From NCBI GenBank assembly GCA_030704615.1, contig CM060731.1, positions 10,664,001 to 10,728,000 on the forward strand: 64,000 bases of DNA, given 5' to 3'. Below are positions 30,001 through 43,669 of the stretch, piece after piece (the stretch's first letter is position 1; each line of letters opens with the position of its first letter). The DNA is from Takakia lepidozioides. Lineage: Eukaryota; Plantae; Bryophyta. The position numbers and the translations under genes are program-made. The notes beneath the pieces were generated by a model that worked only from the letters and a program-made list of their open reading frames with translations, had not been told where the DNA came from and did not search any database.

Positions 30001-33000
30001 GGGAAGGGATTCAATATCAAAGGTATTAGAGCTCTTCCCAATATACCTGTTTTGTCAGCTATTCAAATGAAGAGATGTATCCGGAAGGGAAATGCTCAGC
30101 TTTTTGTTGTTAGCTTGCATGAGATCTTGGAAACAAATCAGGAGAAGGGAAGTCACATCCCAGACTTAGCCTGGTCCTGAATGAATATAAAGATATGTTT
30201 CCTGATGAACTCCCTGGGATGCCCCCTGAACGGGAGGTTGATCATGCAATCGAGTTGATGTCAGATGCTGTACCGGTTGCAAGGGCACCGTACAGGCATT
30301 CAATTGCAGAAAATGAAGAATTAGAAAGGCAGTTGAATGACTTGTTGGAAAAGGGGTATATACGTCCAAGTAAATCCCCTTGGGGTGCCCCTGTAATGTT
30401 TAAGAAGAAGAAAGACGGAACTTTGAGACTGTGTGTGGACTATAGATGGTTGAATAAGGTCACCATCAAGAATAAGTTCCCTTTACCTCGTGTGGATGAT
30501 TTGTTTGACTATCTATATGGGAGTCAAGTTTTTTCAAAACTTGATCTTCGGTCTGGATATCATCAGATACGGATCAAGAATTTGATATACCAAAGACAGG
30601 ATTTCGATCTCGTTTTGGTCATTATGAATTCTTGGTGATGCCATTTGGGCTCAAAATGCTCCAGCAACATTTACTTATCTGATGAACTCTCTGTTCGAGA
30701 AATATTTGGGGAAGATGGTTTTAGTCTACATGGATGATATACTAATATACTCGAAGTCTGAGGAAGAACATGAACTGCATTTACGCTTGGTTTTAGACAT
30801 ACTAAGAGAGAACCACCTGTTTGCTAAGAGAAGCAAGTGTGAGTTCTTTGTAGACCACATGGATTACTTGGGATTTTGTATTTCCAAAGATGGAATTTCA
30901 ATTGATCATAAGAAAGTCCAGACAGTGGTTGAGTGGCCTAAACCAAGTGATAAGACTGAGGTCAGGAGCTTTATTGGGTTTGCTAGCTTCCTACGGAAGT
31001 TTGTTAAATCTTTTTCACAGATTGCAACCCCATTGACTGACCTGCTTAAGGACTCGAGTCCTATAAGCTTGAAGGATGTTTGGACAAGAGATTGTGATAA
31101 CAGTTTCGAGAAGTTGAAGTATGCCTTAACACATGCTCCTGTACTGAAATTGCTCGATCCTACGAAGGGAGCAATAGTACTGTGTACTGATGCAAATGAT
31201 CTTGCTATTGGAGTTGTGCTGATGCAAGATGGGCAAGTGATTGCCTATGAATCTCGAAAGATTAGTCCAGCAGAAAAGAATTATCCCACTCATGAAAAGG
31301 AACTATTGGCAATAGTTCATGCTCTGAAGATATGGAGGCATTACCTGCTTCCAGTTGATTTTGTGATAGAGACTGAGCATCAGAGTTTAAAATATTTGAC
31401 CACGCAACCTCATTTGAGTCAGAGGCAGATCAGGTGGTCAGAACTGCTTCAGCAGTTCCATTATGACCTAAAGTATGTCAAAAGAGAGAGAAAATGTGAT
31501 TGCTGATGCACTTTCTAGGAGACCATTACACGTTAATGTTGTCTCATGCATCAGTAGCACTATATTTCAAGACATTAAAGGTCAGTATGAGGTCGATGAA
31601 TTCTTCAAAGAGCCATTAAAGAGTTTGTCTTGTGATCAGAGAACTTCTATTGAGAAAGAGAAGTACCGGCCATACCTCTTGAGAGATGGGGTGTTATTTT
31701 ATAATGGTCGGCTTTGTGTTCCCCTGATTCCAGACTTGAGATTGCGCATTATTCATGACAGTCACAATATTCCAATCTCTGGACACCCGGGCTTTCAGAG
31801 AACCTATTGGTAAATACGGAAGCACTATTTTTGGCCGGGTATGAAGAGAGAAATTAAAGAATATGTGCAGAAATGTTTCCCATGTCAGGTTTCGAAGTCA
31901 GAGAGAGTCAGACCTCCTGGATTATTACAACCATTATCTGTTCCTGGATGGAATTGGGAGTCCATTAGTATGGATTTCATTGTGGCATTGCCCAGGACCA
32001 GAAGTGGCCATGACAGTATCATGGTGGTTGTAGATAGGCTGTCTAAGATAGCCCACTTGATACCTACAAGGATGAGTGCTACGGCATCTGATGTTGCATC
32101 CTTGTACATGAAAGAGATATTCAGGATCCATGGTCTGCCTCGGGAGATTATTTGTGACAGGGACTCAAAGTTCACAAGTGATTTTTGGATTGACTTGTTT
32201 AAGAAATTGGGAACCAAGGTGAAATTGAGTACGGCATTTCACCCAGAAACAGATGCCCAAACAGAAAGGACCAACCGTACAATTGAAGATATGTTGAGAA
32301 TGTACGTTGGTGAAAGACAGTCCTCTTGGGAACAATATCTGTATATGGTGGAATTTGCTTATAACAAGCATTTCCACAGTGCCATTGGCATGAGCCCATT
32401 TGAAGCTTTATATGGACGAGATTGCTTAGCTCCTGCTTCGCTTATCACACCACCATCAAATGTGCAAAGCGTGAATGACAGAATCAAAGAGATCCACTCT
32501 GTCCTAGATCTGGTGAAGCGTAGTATGCAGGCTGCACAAGAACGGGCCAAGTTCTTTGCTGATAAGCGTAGGACTTTTTGTGAATTTGCCATTGGTGATA
32601 TGGTGTTTTTGAAAGTTACACCTAAAAGAAGCAATCTAACACTAGGCAAGTGTTATAAGTTGTCACCAAGATTTTGTGGTCCGTTTAAAATCCTGGAACG
32701 CCATGGCACAGTGGCCTATGAGTTGGATCTGCCTCCAACATGGAAGATCCATAAAACTTTCCATGTCAGTCTTCTTCGGAGGTATATGTCGGACTCATCA
32801 CACATCTTGCCAACGTTGCCTCAAGCCATGAATGATGGTCAGCTAATGGCTGAACCCGAAAAGATTCTAGAAACGCGAGTAAAGCACCTGTGCAACCGTT
32901 CTTGGAAAGAAACATTTGATTAAGTGGTTGCATTACCCAGAGACAGAAGCTACTTGGGAGAAGGAAAATGAATTGACATTGAGTTACCCCTCATTTTCTG

Positions 33001-36000
33001 TCATTGAGGACAATGACCTGTCTTTGGGAGGGGGAGTTTGTTAGGTGCCTTGAACAAAGATCGAGACCTGTCGACCAGTTTGGCGAAGCAAGTGACTGCT
33101 AGAAGACCGCCGAACTGACAGTTGCAGGTCGAATGGAGCAGGCTCGCGTTCACGAACAGATCCACGATTAGGGATTTAAGAAAGTGGGCTTGGAGATGGC
33201 AAGAGTGGAGAAGAGAAAAGATGATGGTGTACAGGCATCTAGAGCAGATGTATTGACAGGAAACTAGCGTAGCATGGCGTGGTGGTTGGGTGGACCGGAC
33301 GTAGCCGGTGCTATGCTTTTTGGTGAGCAGAAAAGAAAAAGGTCGTGAGAAGAGAAAAAAGGATCGATCTGCACTGGTCTATGGTGATAGAATGTGTTGA
33401 TGCACGGTGTGGTGGAGGGGCGGACTGGACATCGTAGTCCAGTACTGTGCATAGATAGAATGGCATGAGATGAGTACATAGGTTGACAGGGAGATCTTTT
33501 GAACAAGGAATCAGGCCAGAGTAGGAGTGACGATCACTTGATCGATCTGTGAATTTGTAAATGAGGGAAGTGGAATAAGAATAGGGCCTTGGCTGGAATT
33601 CAGATATAGATGAGAGTCCGGTTGAAACAAAATCCCGAGCAATCAGTTTTCCTTGGAGTTTTGGTAAATTCCCTGTGAACAGCAAACCAAGCAAAGCGCC
33701 TGAAATTTTGTCATAGTTGGACAAAGAAAAGAGAGTCAGATCCTTTACACTCAAGTTCCTCATCAGTCTTGATTTGGCAACCAACAATCTCACCGGAAGA
33801 ATTCCACCTGAGCTTGGGCAATGCAGCGATCTTGCGTTTTTGAATCTGAGCGCTAACAACCTCGCTGGATCGATTCCACCTGAGCTATCGCAGTGCAGAA
33901 ATCTCACCACATTGAATGTTACAAACAACCTTCTGACAGGAAAAATTCCTTTTGAATTTGGGCAGCTCCAGAATCTCGTCACTCTGCTTGTCAGAAACAA
34001 TCAGTTGACGGGCTCCATCCCTCCCACAATCGGGAATTGTACGAAGCTAGTGAACTTCTCTGCGAAATATAACAACCTCACCGGTGAGATCCCTGCATCA
34101 CTGGGTAACTGCACCAAGCTCGAAGACATTGTTTTGGGTTACAATAGTTTGACTGGAATCATACCTCCTGTATTTGGAGAGCTACAACATCTCAGTGTTC
34201 TCTTCCTCAAGAACAATCACTTGTCGGGTGTCATTCCACGGGCCCTTGGGAACTGCCCTAAACTCTCCAACATCGGTTTCAGCGCCAACAAACTCACTGG
34301 AACCATTCCGGCATCACTGGGGAACTGTCCTGACGTCCAAAGCTTTCAACTTGATGACAACAATCTGACTGGCGTTATACCTCCTGAACTTGGCAGATTA
34401 CAAAAAGTCCAGTATTTTTATCTTTCGGGTAACGACCTCGAGGGGACCATCCCTGCTTCACTAGGGAACATGACAGGCTTGTTACAGATACACTTTAATG
34501 ATAACCCGCGTCTCACTGGAAGTATACCTCCTGAACTCGGTGAGCTACCAAAGCTGCAACAGATCGTTATTTACAACGCCAGCATCCAGGGAACTATCCC
34601 TGAATCTCTGGGAAATATCTCCTCTCTCGAATATCTTGTCCTCAACGACAACCAGCTTAGTGGCACCATACCTGCCTCTCTAGCTCGGTTACAAAATCTC
34701 ATCTCACTACTGCTCCAAAACAATCAGCTGACAGGATCCATTCCCAGTGTACTGGGGAAGCTGAGCACTTTGCAATCACTTTCCTTGAAGAGCAACCAAC
34801 TTGAAGGACTGATTCCCTCAGCTGTGGGTGGCATGACAAGTCTCATTTCACTGGATCTTTCGAACAACACTTTGAATGGTTCCATTCCGCAGGAGATGGG
34901 AAATTTGCGGCTGCTCAGCACGATGGTGTTGTCTAACAACAACTTATCAGGTACAATTCCAGATAGTCTTGGCAATTGTTCGGGTCTTGTAAATATAGAC
35001 CTGTCCAACAACAAATTCAGTGGTGGGATTCCAACCACCTTTGAGAGTTTTATCAATGCGACACGAATACGGCTCGGCAACAACCATCTTGGAGGAGACT
35101 TCGCACTTAATGTAGGACAGTTCAAATCGCTTCAAATTTTGTCCATCGCCAACAACTCATTCAGTGGAAGTGTCCCCGGATCTCTCTTGGACTGCAGCAA
35201 ACTCATCTTTGTTGATTTCAGCAGAAACCAACTTAGCGGAAAGTTACCTGACTACAGCATGAGATCATTGCCCAAGTTGCGCGTGCTTGCGATGAGATAT
35301 AATCAGCTGGAGGGTGAAATTCCAGCTTGGATTTGGAATCTTACTGCATTGCAAGTTCTTGACCTATCAAATAACAAGATTATTGGGGACTTCCCCGGCA
35401 CCAACTTGAGCCACCTACTAGGCTTCATCGATATTCAGGCAAGTACTGGAGGTACATCGCTGGACAGCTCTACTCTCTACGACCAAAACCTGCAGATCAC
35501 TGTTAAAGGTATTGACCTCGTTTTCACGGACGTTTATGTGCTTTTAACGTCCGTCGACTTGTCTGGAAATATGCTCGGTGGTCTACTCCCTCCAGACTTA
35601 GGGGTCCTGCAACAGCTGTTGTACCTGAATCTCTCGCGGAACACTTTCACGGGAGATATTCCTTCAACTCTTGCCAACATCGCTCCTCTAGCCTCTCTGG
35701 ATCTATCCAATAATCACCTCCATGGTGAGATCCCACAAGACTTCTCACTCTTAACCAATTTAGCAAATTTGAATGTCTCTAATAACAACCTTTCTGGTCC
35801 AATCCCACAAAGCAGGCACTTAGATACTTTTACTAATTCTTCGTACTCTCCTGGAAACCCTGGTCTTTGTGGTCCTCCACTTTCTAGACTGTGCGCGGTC
35901 ACTCCTGTGGCAGTAAACGCCACACATTTTTCTGACGGGATCAAATCCTTTTCCGATCTTGCTTCCATACCTGGTTTCGTTGTGGGTACTTGTATTGGCT

Positions 36001-36122
36001 TCTCCTCCGTGCTATTTCTCTTGGTCATGTTCTGGGACCCAGCTCGAAACTTCATATTGCTAAAGAAAACTCCTATATCTCGGACGTCACGAGACATACA
36101 CAGTGTACTTAAATCATTCTAG
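27042..36122 (+). CDS. LRR receptor-like protein (signal peptide, acidic extension, LRRNT, many LRRs with island domain, LRRCT, TM, short tail, no kinase); ~963 aa reconstructed; split by a retrotransposon into 27042-27565 and 33755-36122
   Basis: LRRNT W...CEWKGVTC, LxxLxLxxNxLxGxIP repeats, [10 protein letters not shown] and a hydrophobic TM segment. Removing the element and one TSD restores ...[21 protein letters not shown] in frame. Confidence 0.93.
27566..28323 (+). repeat. 5' LTR (758 bp) with an internal 48-bp tandem duplication
   Basis: TGTTAGG...TTTACA; near-identical to 33039-33749. Confidence 0.97.
28326..28337 (+). promoter_or_regulatory. Primer-binding site for the 3' end of initiator tRNA-Met
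   Basis: TGGTATCAGAGC, 2 nt after the 5' LTR. Confidence 0.95.
33039..33749 (+). repeat. 3' LTR (711 bp)
   Basis: Preceded by PPT GGGAGGGGGAG; TG...CA termini. Confidence 0.97.
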
Positions 36123-36965
36123 ATGACAGTCGAAACTTGTGGAGTTCCAGTCAACTATGTGCTCTTCTTTCTTCCTGAGGTATCCGACAGATATATTTTA
36201 CTAAGGGTATAGGCCTTAAGAGCGTCATTCGGAGGTAGGATCCTTCGAACATCCAGACTAAGGTTTGCATTGGTTGTTGTATATGACGATCTCTACTCAG
36301 CAGGACTAGTAGATGCAAACTAGTAGCAAGGCCAACACCCTGTACATGATTTTATGGATGGGAAGCCGTGGTGCAAATTTATGAATTCCCAGAGGAGTCT
36401 GGCAGGAATTTTTAAATCCGCACGCGTGAAATTGTGGCTACAAGCAACGAGACTTCTCGGTACCCTGACATTCGTTGCATATGTCGAAACTGTTCAATGG
36501 CTGGTGTGGCGAACTATAATGTAATGGAAACCTGTGAAGCTCGACTTTCTCCTTTGTCTTCTTGTCGATCCTACTGTAGTATTCTTTGAGCCAAGTTTTC
36601 GAGCGACGGCTTGGGGCCGCTATACTATTATACTACGTGGCAGGGGGCACTTGCATACTGGTCAACCTGAGCAGCGTGCAGCAATCCCGGGGGTAGTGAT
36701 GGCCTCTATTTTGTGTTCGAGGTGTACATGTGAGTGATTTGTGGATGTGGGTATGGCTGCCTCTCCGTGTGTGTCTCTGTTGCTCAGCAAAGACGTGCTC
36801 TTCCATAACTTTCTTGCAAGAAGTGAGGACTAAACTAACTCGGGAGAGGGAAGAGGGTAGCGAAGACATTGTTCATTTGAATTCACTGAGACATGCTTCC
36901 TCCGATTGCTAGTGGATAGGTTTACGTGGCAACCTGCATGCCACCAACCCAATTAACCTCATTAA

Positions 36966-37614
36966 CCCTTAAAGCCCAGTGCCATAGCTTGACTTTTTCA
37001 GAAAACATGACACCTTAAGTGAAAAAAAGGTGTAGTTTTCAGAAAATTAACTTTTTAAAGAACTTGATCGCACATTAGGTGCGTACCTTCCTCCTGCATC
37101 CACCTCCCAAATTTGAGGCCAATCAGCCCCAGATCCACAAAATGCCACCGTTGAATGTGGGCCCCATTATTGGGCCCTTTTGAGAAACATATCCATTTTT
37201 GGTAATTTTTTAAAGATTTGAGTGACGGGATCAAATGGGATTGAGGCGAAATTAGCAGGGTTTCATCCCCTTGAGATCCCTCATCCAACAAGCCAAAAAG
37301 TATCCAATTTGGCCAATGCATGTGATGTTGCCACTTGGTCAAACCTGGAAAAATCCCATGTTTCTCTCCCACTCACATGCATGTGAAGAATGAAACAACG
37401 AGAATTACCTTTATAAAATCGTGACCCCCTTGCTTGCCTGACGAGACCTCTTTGCAACTTTGGCAGATCCGAGGCAATCCAGCAATGAATCTTGGTGTGC
37501 CAAGTGCCCAAGAACACTATATTTTTTTTTCACACAATTCCATGGAGAATGCAAAAAGTTATTCAGATTTTTCTAAACCCAAAAGCGCGAAAAGGGCTAC
37601 TGGGCGTTTAAGGG
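36966..37614. mobile_element. Non-autonomous TIR element (MITE) with piggyBac-type ends
   Basis: TTAA|CCCTTAAAGCCCAGTGCC ... GGGCTACTGGGCGTTTAAGGG|TTAT: ~20-bp imperfect TIRs starting CCC, TTAA on the left and TTAT on the right. Confidence 0.65.
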
Positions 37615-39169
37615 TTATCCGTAGTGAGCTTGGGCCCTCTTAGTACTAATCACTGAGGTGCAGCTCAGCCATTTTTATAGTGGAAAATTTCGACCTAAAA
37701 AATAAAATGGAATATTTTCTCATAGATTCCGTATTTTTCATGGATGAAGTCTCCCAAATAAAAAATAAATTATGGATGAGTTTGTCAAATATGGATGATG
37801 TCAATGGGTGAAAGTACAGAGGAGGATGATTCTGATTTCAATGGATGAACAGAATATGTGGCTATTTCCTGCAAACCAATCGTGTTATTTTCCAAATTTC
37901 CAAAAAACTCAGCTGGTGCAGCTGTTGGATTGTAGTTCCAGGTTTTTTTTTTAAAATAATTTAAAAATAATTTAAAAATAATTTAAAAATAAGAGAAAGG
38001 GCAGCGGCCCTGAAGCGGTTCCAGGTTTCAGAATTGACACTTGCCCTTTTGCAACCATCTCTCAAAGAACTGATAATATATAGCTCCAGGAGATCAATCT
38101 TGCAGACAAGACATCCAGAGGCAAAGGTGCTTTGCTAGGCAGCGATGCAGATGTGGTAGTTCCACTTGCTGTGAGTATTTTGCAGATCAATAACCTAACT
38201 GGCAAACGTAGAGCTACACGCTCTCATTCGGTTAGAGCAGAGGCGCTCTAACCCGTAGCACACAGAGAGCACACAGCATTATGGTTGGTTCCGAGACGGC
38301 CGATGCAGCTCGCCCACTTATTACCCACCATAATGGCAGCTACGAGGCCCGGCGTTCCAAGGTACAGACTACAGACTAATCCGGATATCGGATCATAACA
38401 TTGGGGACTCGAGGATTCTTTGTACTACTTATTAATGTTGAGATCTCACAACAATATCGGCTTCAAGGTTCAAGACAAGCAGGGACCGAAAGTGACACAA
38501 AAAACTAAGTATCAGCAGTGAAGTGTGATGAGTGTGTCAACATGCACATGCTGGGTTACTGTCGAATGTCACGCAAGGGCAAATAAATTACAGGTGCCCC
38601 AAGTTCTGGCATTGAGTGAGATCCACCCAAATCGGCTTCCCCTAAGTTACTTCTCAGCCAACTTGAAGGCCCTCCGCCCGATTGGTCTTCGGCACGCCTA
38701 CTTGGTACAGCCATTGGCATGATTCACACCGGAGAGGGATACGTGCTACTACTTGGAGAGCTGTTCTTGGGTTGTCATCTTTCCATAAAGTCAAGCGCCA
38801 GCTTGCACAGAGTAGCCAGGAAATTAGGTTACTCTCAGAGACTCGGCAGATCCAGCATTTAATGGACGCTTAAGAATAATTTGCAGGATTTGATTCCAGG
38901 TGGGGACTAGATTATTGTAGTCATCACACTATAAGATTGGGACGTGCAAGCTGGTGCGCACTTCTCTAATTTCTTCTTAGAGTACTGGTTTCATCCACAC
39001 TGCTCAGTCTCTGGTATTTATTTGAGTTGTAGTACTTTTGGGGCGAGGCCATGCATAGTTCAACGCTAGGGCAGAAGTAAACGAGGCTGATTAATATCTG
39101 AACAGTAATATTTTAAAGCTTCGAGATCCTGCAACCTCTCCGAAGCAGCTTTTGCGCCTATCTCCTACT

Positions 39170-40358
39170 ATGGCGACTCGGCGAAAACTGTGGAAGTTAC
39201 TCTTTTGCGGAGAAGGGTGGGCAAGCAGGTCCTGTACTTGGAAGCGCGAAAGGATTCTCATGGGTTTTTTGACAATGCCTACCGGGGCGATAATGAAGGT
39301 TCTCTCAGAAGGTATGGTTCATCTGCAAAGATCTACGACTCTAGCCATAGATCCTGATCAAGTCATCAGTCACATGACATGTCTGCATTATGAGCTAACT
39401 TGAACTTGTACCAGTTGGGGTTAAACATTTGAGGGCTTGTGGCTTGTGTATTTCCACCCGCTTTTCTTCTGTGCACTGACCTGTTGAGTTGTACATGACA
39501 TGAATTAGGTCATGCTCCATTGAAGTCCCTTGGAGGCATTGCCAATGTTTTTCGAAGTGTGGAGAAACTTGAAGAATCATCATTATATGCCAAAGTCCAT
39601 ACTTCTGGATCCCAAGCCTGCGACTGGTTTTTCTCCAAATTTGCTGCGGATAGATTTGGCATCCCAGCCTACTTATTATGGATGTGACAAGGATATAATA
39701 GGTTGCAATGCAAGCTACCGACTCATCCATGATGTGCCCGTCATGCACACATATGGCAATATGAAGCGGGAAATGACGGTGATGACAAAGGAAGCAGAAA
39801 CGAATAAGCTCGTTGCACCTATAACTGCAATGTCAAAGGGAGGGTACGTGAAGAAGAGCATGACCTACATCGTCACCGACGATCTGGAAATTACACCGAC
39901 CAGTACAATAACCACTATTGTACTGCTCAACAAGCTGAAGGTGGAGACGATGGCTGAGCTTGAGAGTTGTGAGACCCATGTTGGGTCGGGCGAGGTATAT
40001 CCACATGGGTTTCTGTTGTGCACCGCAGAAAATCCTAAAACGTTCTAAAAGCTGGTAACTCAAGTATAACTGAAGTATATTGGAAGAATCAAACATGTAC
40101 ATGTATATCTGTGTGCATAATCAGCGAGTCACCCAGTGCTTTGACTCTAGAAGACGTTTCAAGCAAACCAAGAGTGGTAACATACAGCTCTCAGTCCTAT
40201 GATGCTTGCAGAACGATTTAATGGCTTATTGGATCTAAGAACTTCGCCTGGGTTTCATTATGTACATGTTTCGTGGCAATGCTTTGCAGGTTATCAAGTT
40301 ATTGAAGGCTTCTTTGACGACCAACAGCGTTTTGACCGAAGTGTTCGGGAAGATCTAG
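39170..40358 (+). pseudogene. DUF674 family copy A (3 exons, frameshifted)
   Basis: KQVLYLEARKD, GFLTMPTGAIMKVL, GGYVKKSMTYIVTDDLEITPTS and VIKLLKASLTTNSVLTEVF. Frameshifts in exons 1 and 2. Confidence 0.85.
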
Positions 40359-40699
40359 GCAAACCATATGTTCATGCAGAGGATTTGAATTTTGGATCGT
40401 AGCTCTTGGACGTGGACCCTTCCGTGCCAACCTCGGAAGGTTGTTAGTTGTTACATGCAAACGGAATGTCTGGCACATTAAGTGGGACTTGTTAGATGAG
40501 ATTTGAGGAGATAATCACTCTATGGATCATGAATGTATTTGATTGCATACATGATGATTCGTCCATATCAAGAACTTGCCTTTTGTAAACTTAGTATTAA
40601 TATCCAAGACGGAACACGCTTGTAGCTGCTGAGGTAGATCATGGCCAAGTTGGCCGTTGATTACATACTTTGTATTATCAGGTTAATGTATGATCCAGG

Positions 40700-41690
40700 T
40701 CCTCGTTAATTCACTTTCCCGAGCTGCAGCTAAGCCGGGGCATGGCTACACGATATTGAGCCTCAATCCATGAACTATTTCCACACCTCGGACAGTTTTG
40801 ACCAGACGATATAGTCTTCAGGACGTTCAAACATTGAAGGACCGTACTATTTCTGCTTTTTGATTCAGAATCACAGACATAGGTAGGAGTTATCAAGCGT
40901 CACAAAGCTCTCAGATTATAGATCAGACATGGCTCCCAACGAGTTGAAATGCACCTGCATTCCCCAATTCAGCTAGACCTAATTTAGTGAAGACTTAGGT
41001 GAGTAGGTAATAGGAGGATCGGTTTTTCAACGGAGAAGATTCATAAATTATGTTGAGGTATGACAGAAATGGATCTCCATGGGAACCTGGTAAGACCTTG
41101 GACCGCATAGTGAGATTTTTTTACCGCAGACTCAGATCTTTTGGTGATGTATATGAGTGCGCTAGCTAGAATGGGCTTTTCATGCGATCGTCAAAGCAAC
41201 AGCATCGGCACTGCTCTCATGCCCTTTCCCAGTGACATATTTCAAGGACAGGATTTCAGTACTCACTAATTCAGTTGTGCACATATCTTTGGACTGAGTT
41301 AACAAGCTGATAGATTTCTTCAATCAATACTTGACCAGATTCTAGTTTCCAGAGATCCAGTATGCTAGTTAACACGAACATGACTGTCGCACGAATGTGC
41401 CACAGGAACAGCTTCTTGGTACGTACAAGTGAGACACCATCGATCACAACTGCAAAGGAGTCCGTAAACTCGAAATTTGACTAATCAACATAGCCCCTAT
41501 GCGGATCATAGCTTCATTAATGAGGCTCGTAGGCAGGTAGTCTGACGTCACATGCAATATGCACTGGCGTGTGCCACGGATATGGGCTGGTCAAGAAAAA
41601 CCTTCCTGAAATACCCTTTTATGCTACGAGTATTGTTCGAGCACCGTGAAACTGGACAATATTATAAGCTCTCACCTTCAATATATAGCA
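40700..41690 (-). pseudogene. DUF674 relic (exon-1 donor, intron 1, and start of exon 2 with Cys module)
   Basis: 41160-41680 is paralogous to 43040-43510. Remnant GAMSDL...ESFVTLDNS and TYVC...C...GQNCPRC. Confidence 0.6.
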
Positions 41691-41822
41691 ATCTAAAGAG
41701 CGCGTATTCATAAACTGGGATTGGAGCAGGGCAAGATGGCCCACTTGTCTGATCAATCGATGTTACAGAGAATTTGTAGTATAGATTTCTCACAACTCAC
41801 TTGGGCAAAATTTTCAAGACTG

Positions 41823-43669
41823 TCATTCTTTCGTCCCAAAAACCTGGTTGAGTATGCCAGACCCAGATGTCAGACCAGCAGCTCCAAAGCCTGTGCGCCA
41901 CCAACCCAAGCTCAATTCAGTTTGACAACTTAAAACAACCATGATATGATAGTGAAGTGGCGTACGGTGATTCCTATCAAGGGCGTGATTCTTAAACTTA
42001 GCAGCAATAACAATGATCAAGTTGATCGAGAGTTGATCACACTAGACTTACCAACCATGATCCCTTTGTGCCCAAATTCATGAGATAAGATACAATCATG
42101 TCGCAACCTAAACGGAACATTGTGGTTCTGCGTATGCAAACCCAGAATTGGATGTAGTCAGAACTATAATTTGAGAGTAAATATTACACAATCTTACAGC
42201 CCGCAAGATGTGTGACACTAGTCTGCAAGAACATCGACAACCATAATTATCGTTTGACATATACTCAACTTGTGCACTGTCAGATTAGTCGTGCAAGCTG
42301 GAGGAGGCAAGGAGTCGAAGGCATAGAGTACTTAATAGTAACCTCGATATGGCCAACAAATGTCTCGACGCTCTCAACATCTGCGCACTTATCCACCTTC
42401 AGCTTACACAGTATGTCGATACTCTTAGCTGCTGTTGTAGGTGTGATTTCCAGGTCGTTAGTGATTATGTACGTTGTCTTATCCTTAATGTAACCAGTCT
42501 CATCGTTCCAAGCTCCAGGGGAAGGCCCCTCGACATGGATGCACGTGGACATAGCGGTAATCATTCGATGATCATCTGCTCCACAACGCCGACAACGTTC
42601 ACCATACGTGGTCGACATGTAGCTACAGTTCTGCTTACGATTAGAGCATCTGTAGTACTTGCTGATAGGGTCTGTGTGGCGAGTGTTGTTCAGGCCAGCG
42701 CCTCCTGTTCTCTGTAGAAGCTTTGACAGAGAGATGCCAACCATCGCTACCTTTGGGTTGAGAAGTACCTCCTTGCCAGAGTACAAATCCGAGTTATCAA
42801 GCTTCACAACGCTCTCAAATAAGGCAGACATGGCTCCCATCGACTTCAATTGTCCACCTAGATTCGCCACTTCACCTAGTTAGTGACTTAACGACCCAGG
42901 TAATGGGAAGACGCGTTGTGTAGAACGCTCATATCTTCCTGTCCATGAAAGAATTGGGACTATGACTCAATCTGAACCTGGTAAGACCCACGACGAGTGT
43001 ACTACCCTATACTCAGATCTGTCGGTTACGCACCCGCGCTTGCTAGTCTAAGGCTCCAGTTATCCAGCCCTCAAAGAAACAGCGTCGGCGGTGCTTTCAT
43101 GCCCTTTTCAGGCGATGTTTGAAGGACAGGATTGCGGTTCTCACTCATTTGGATTTAAGTTCAGAATTCATAGATTTCTTTTATATAGTCGATACCGCTT
43201 GACCAGATTCCAGCTGTTTCCTGAGATACAATGAATATGCTGTAAACGAACTTGACAGTCGCAATAACGTGCGGAATAGGAACACCTTCTTGGAGGTACG
43301 TACAAGGAGACACCATCACATGAAAATTTCAATGATCACCATTACCCTATCGTCAGATTATCGCTACAATGAACCTTGCAGATTGGATCATATGCACTTG
43401 CGTGCGTGCCGCTGTTCAAGAAAAGAATCTTCCCGGGAGGCACTCTTTCATGGGAATAAAGCGGCCTGGATCAGCATCGTGAAACCTGATAAGTACTGTC
43501 ATTTCTCACCTTCATATAACAGTCTGATGAGGGCCCCTGTCGGCAAACTTAGAAAACTGAGCAGAGCATCGACGATTTCTTTGCCAGCTTCCATGTACAA
43601 GATACTCCCGCTGATTTTGCTTCTTACCAACGTCGCTGGAGCCCCGGTTTTCTGTGGTGCATCTGCCAT
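41823..43669 (-). CDS. DUF674 family copy B with one Cys module. Exons: 43669-43510, 42857-42343, 41890-41870; a small deletion in exon 3 truncates the C-terminus
   Basis: SILYMEAGKEIVDALLSFLSLPTG and GYIKDKTTYIITNDLEITPT. Exon 3 reads ALELLV*, while the normal ending ILNQVFGTKE* (stop at 41823) is out of frame. Confidence 0.8.

Larger units (their letters stand above)
27566..33749 (+). mobile_element. Full-length but defective Ty3/gypsy chromovirus-type element with both LTRs, TSD CTCAA
   Basis: TG...CA LTRs at 27566-28323 and 33039-33749. TSDs at 27561-27565 and 33750-33754. Contains gag, CCHC knuckle, DTG protease, RT YMDD, RNase H, integrase and a chromodomain-like tail, with many stops and frameshifts. 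Confidence 0.97.

Noticed and set aside
33717-33754. 801-aa ORF starting [11 protein letters not shown] as an independent gene
   Set aside because: It starts at a TTG inside the 3' LTR; it is the C-terminal part of the interrupted RLP.
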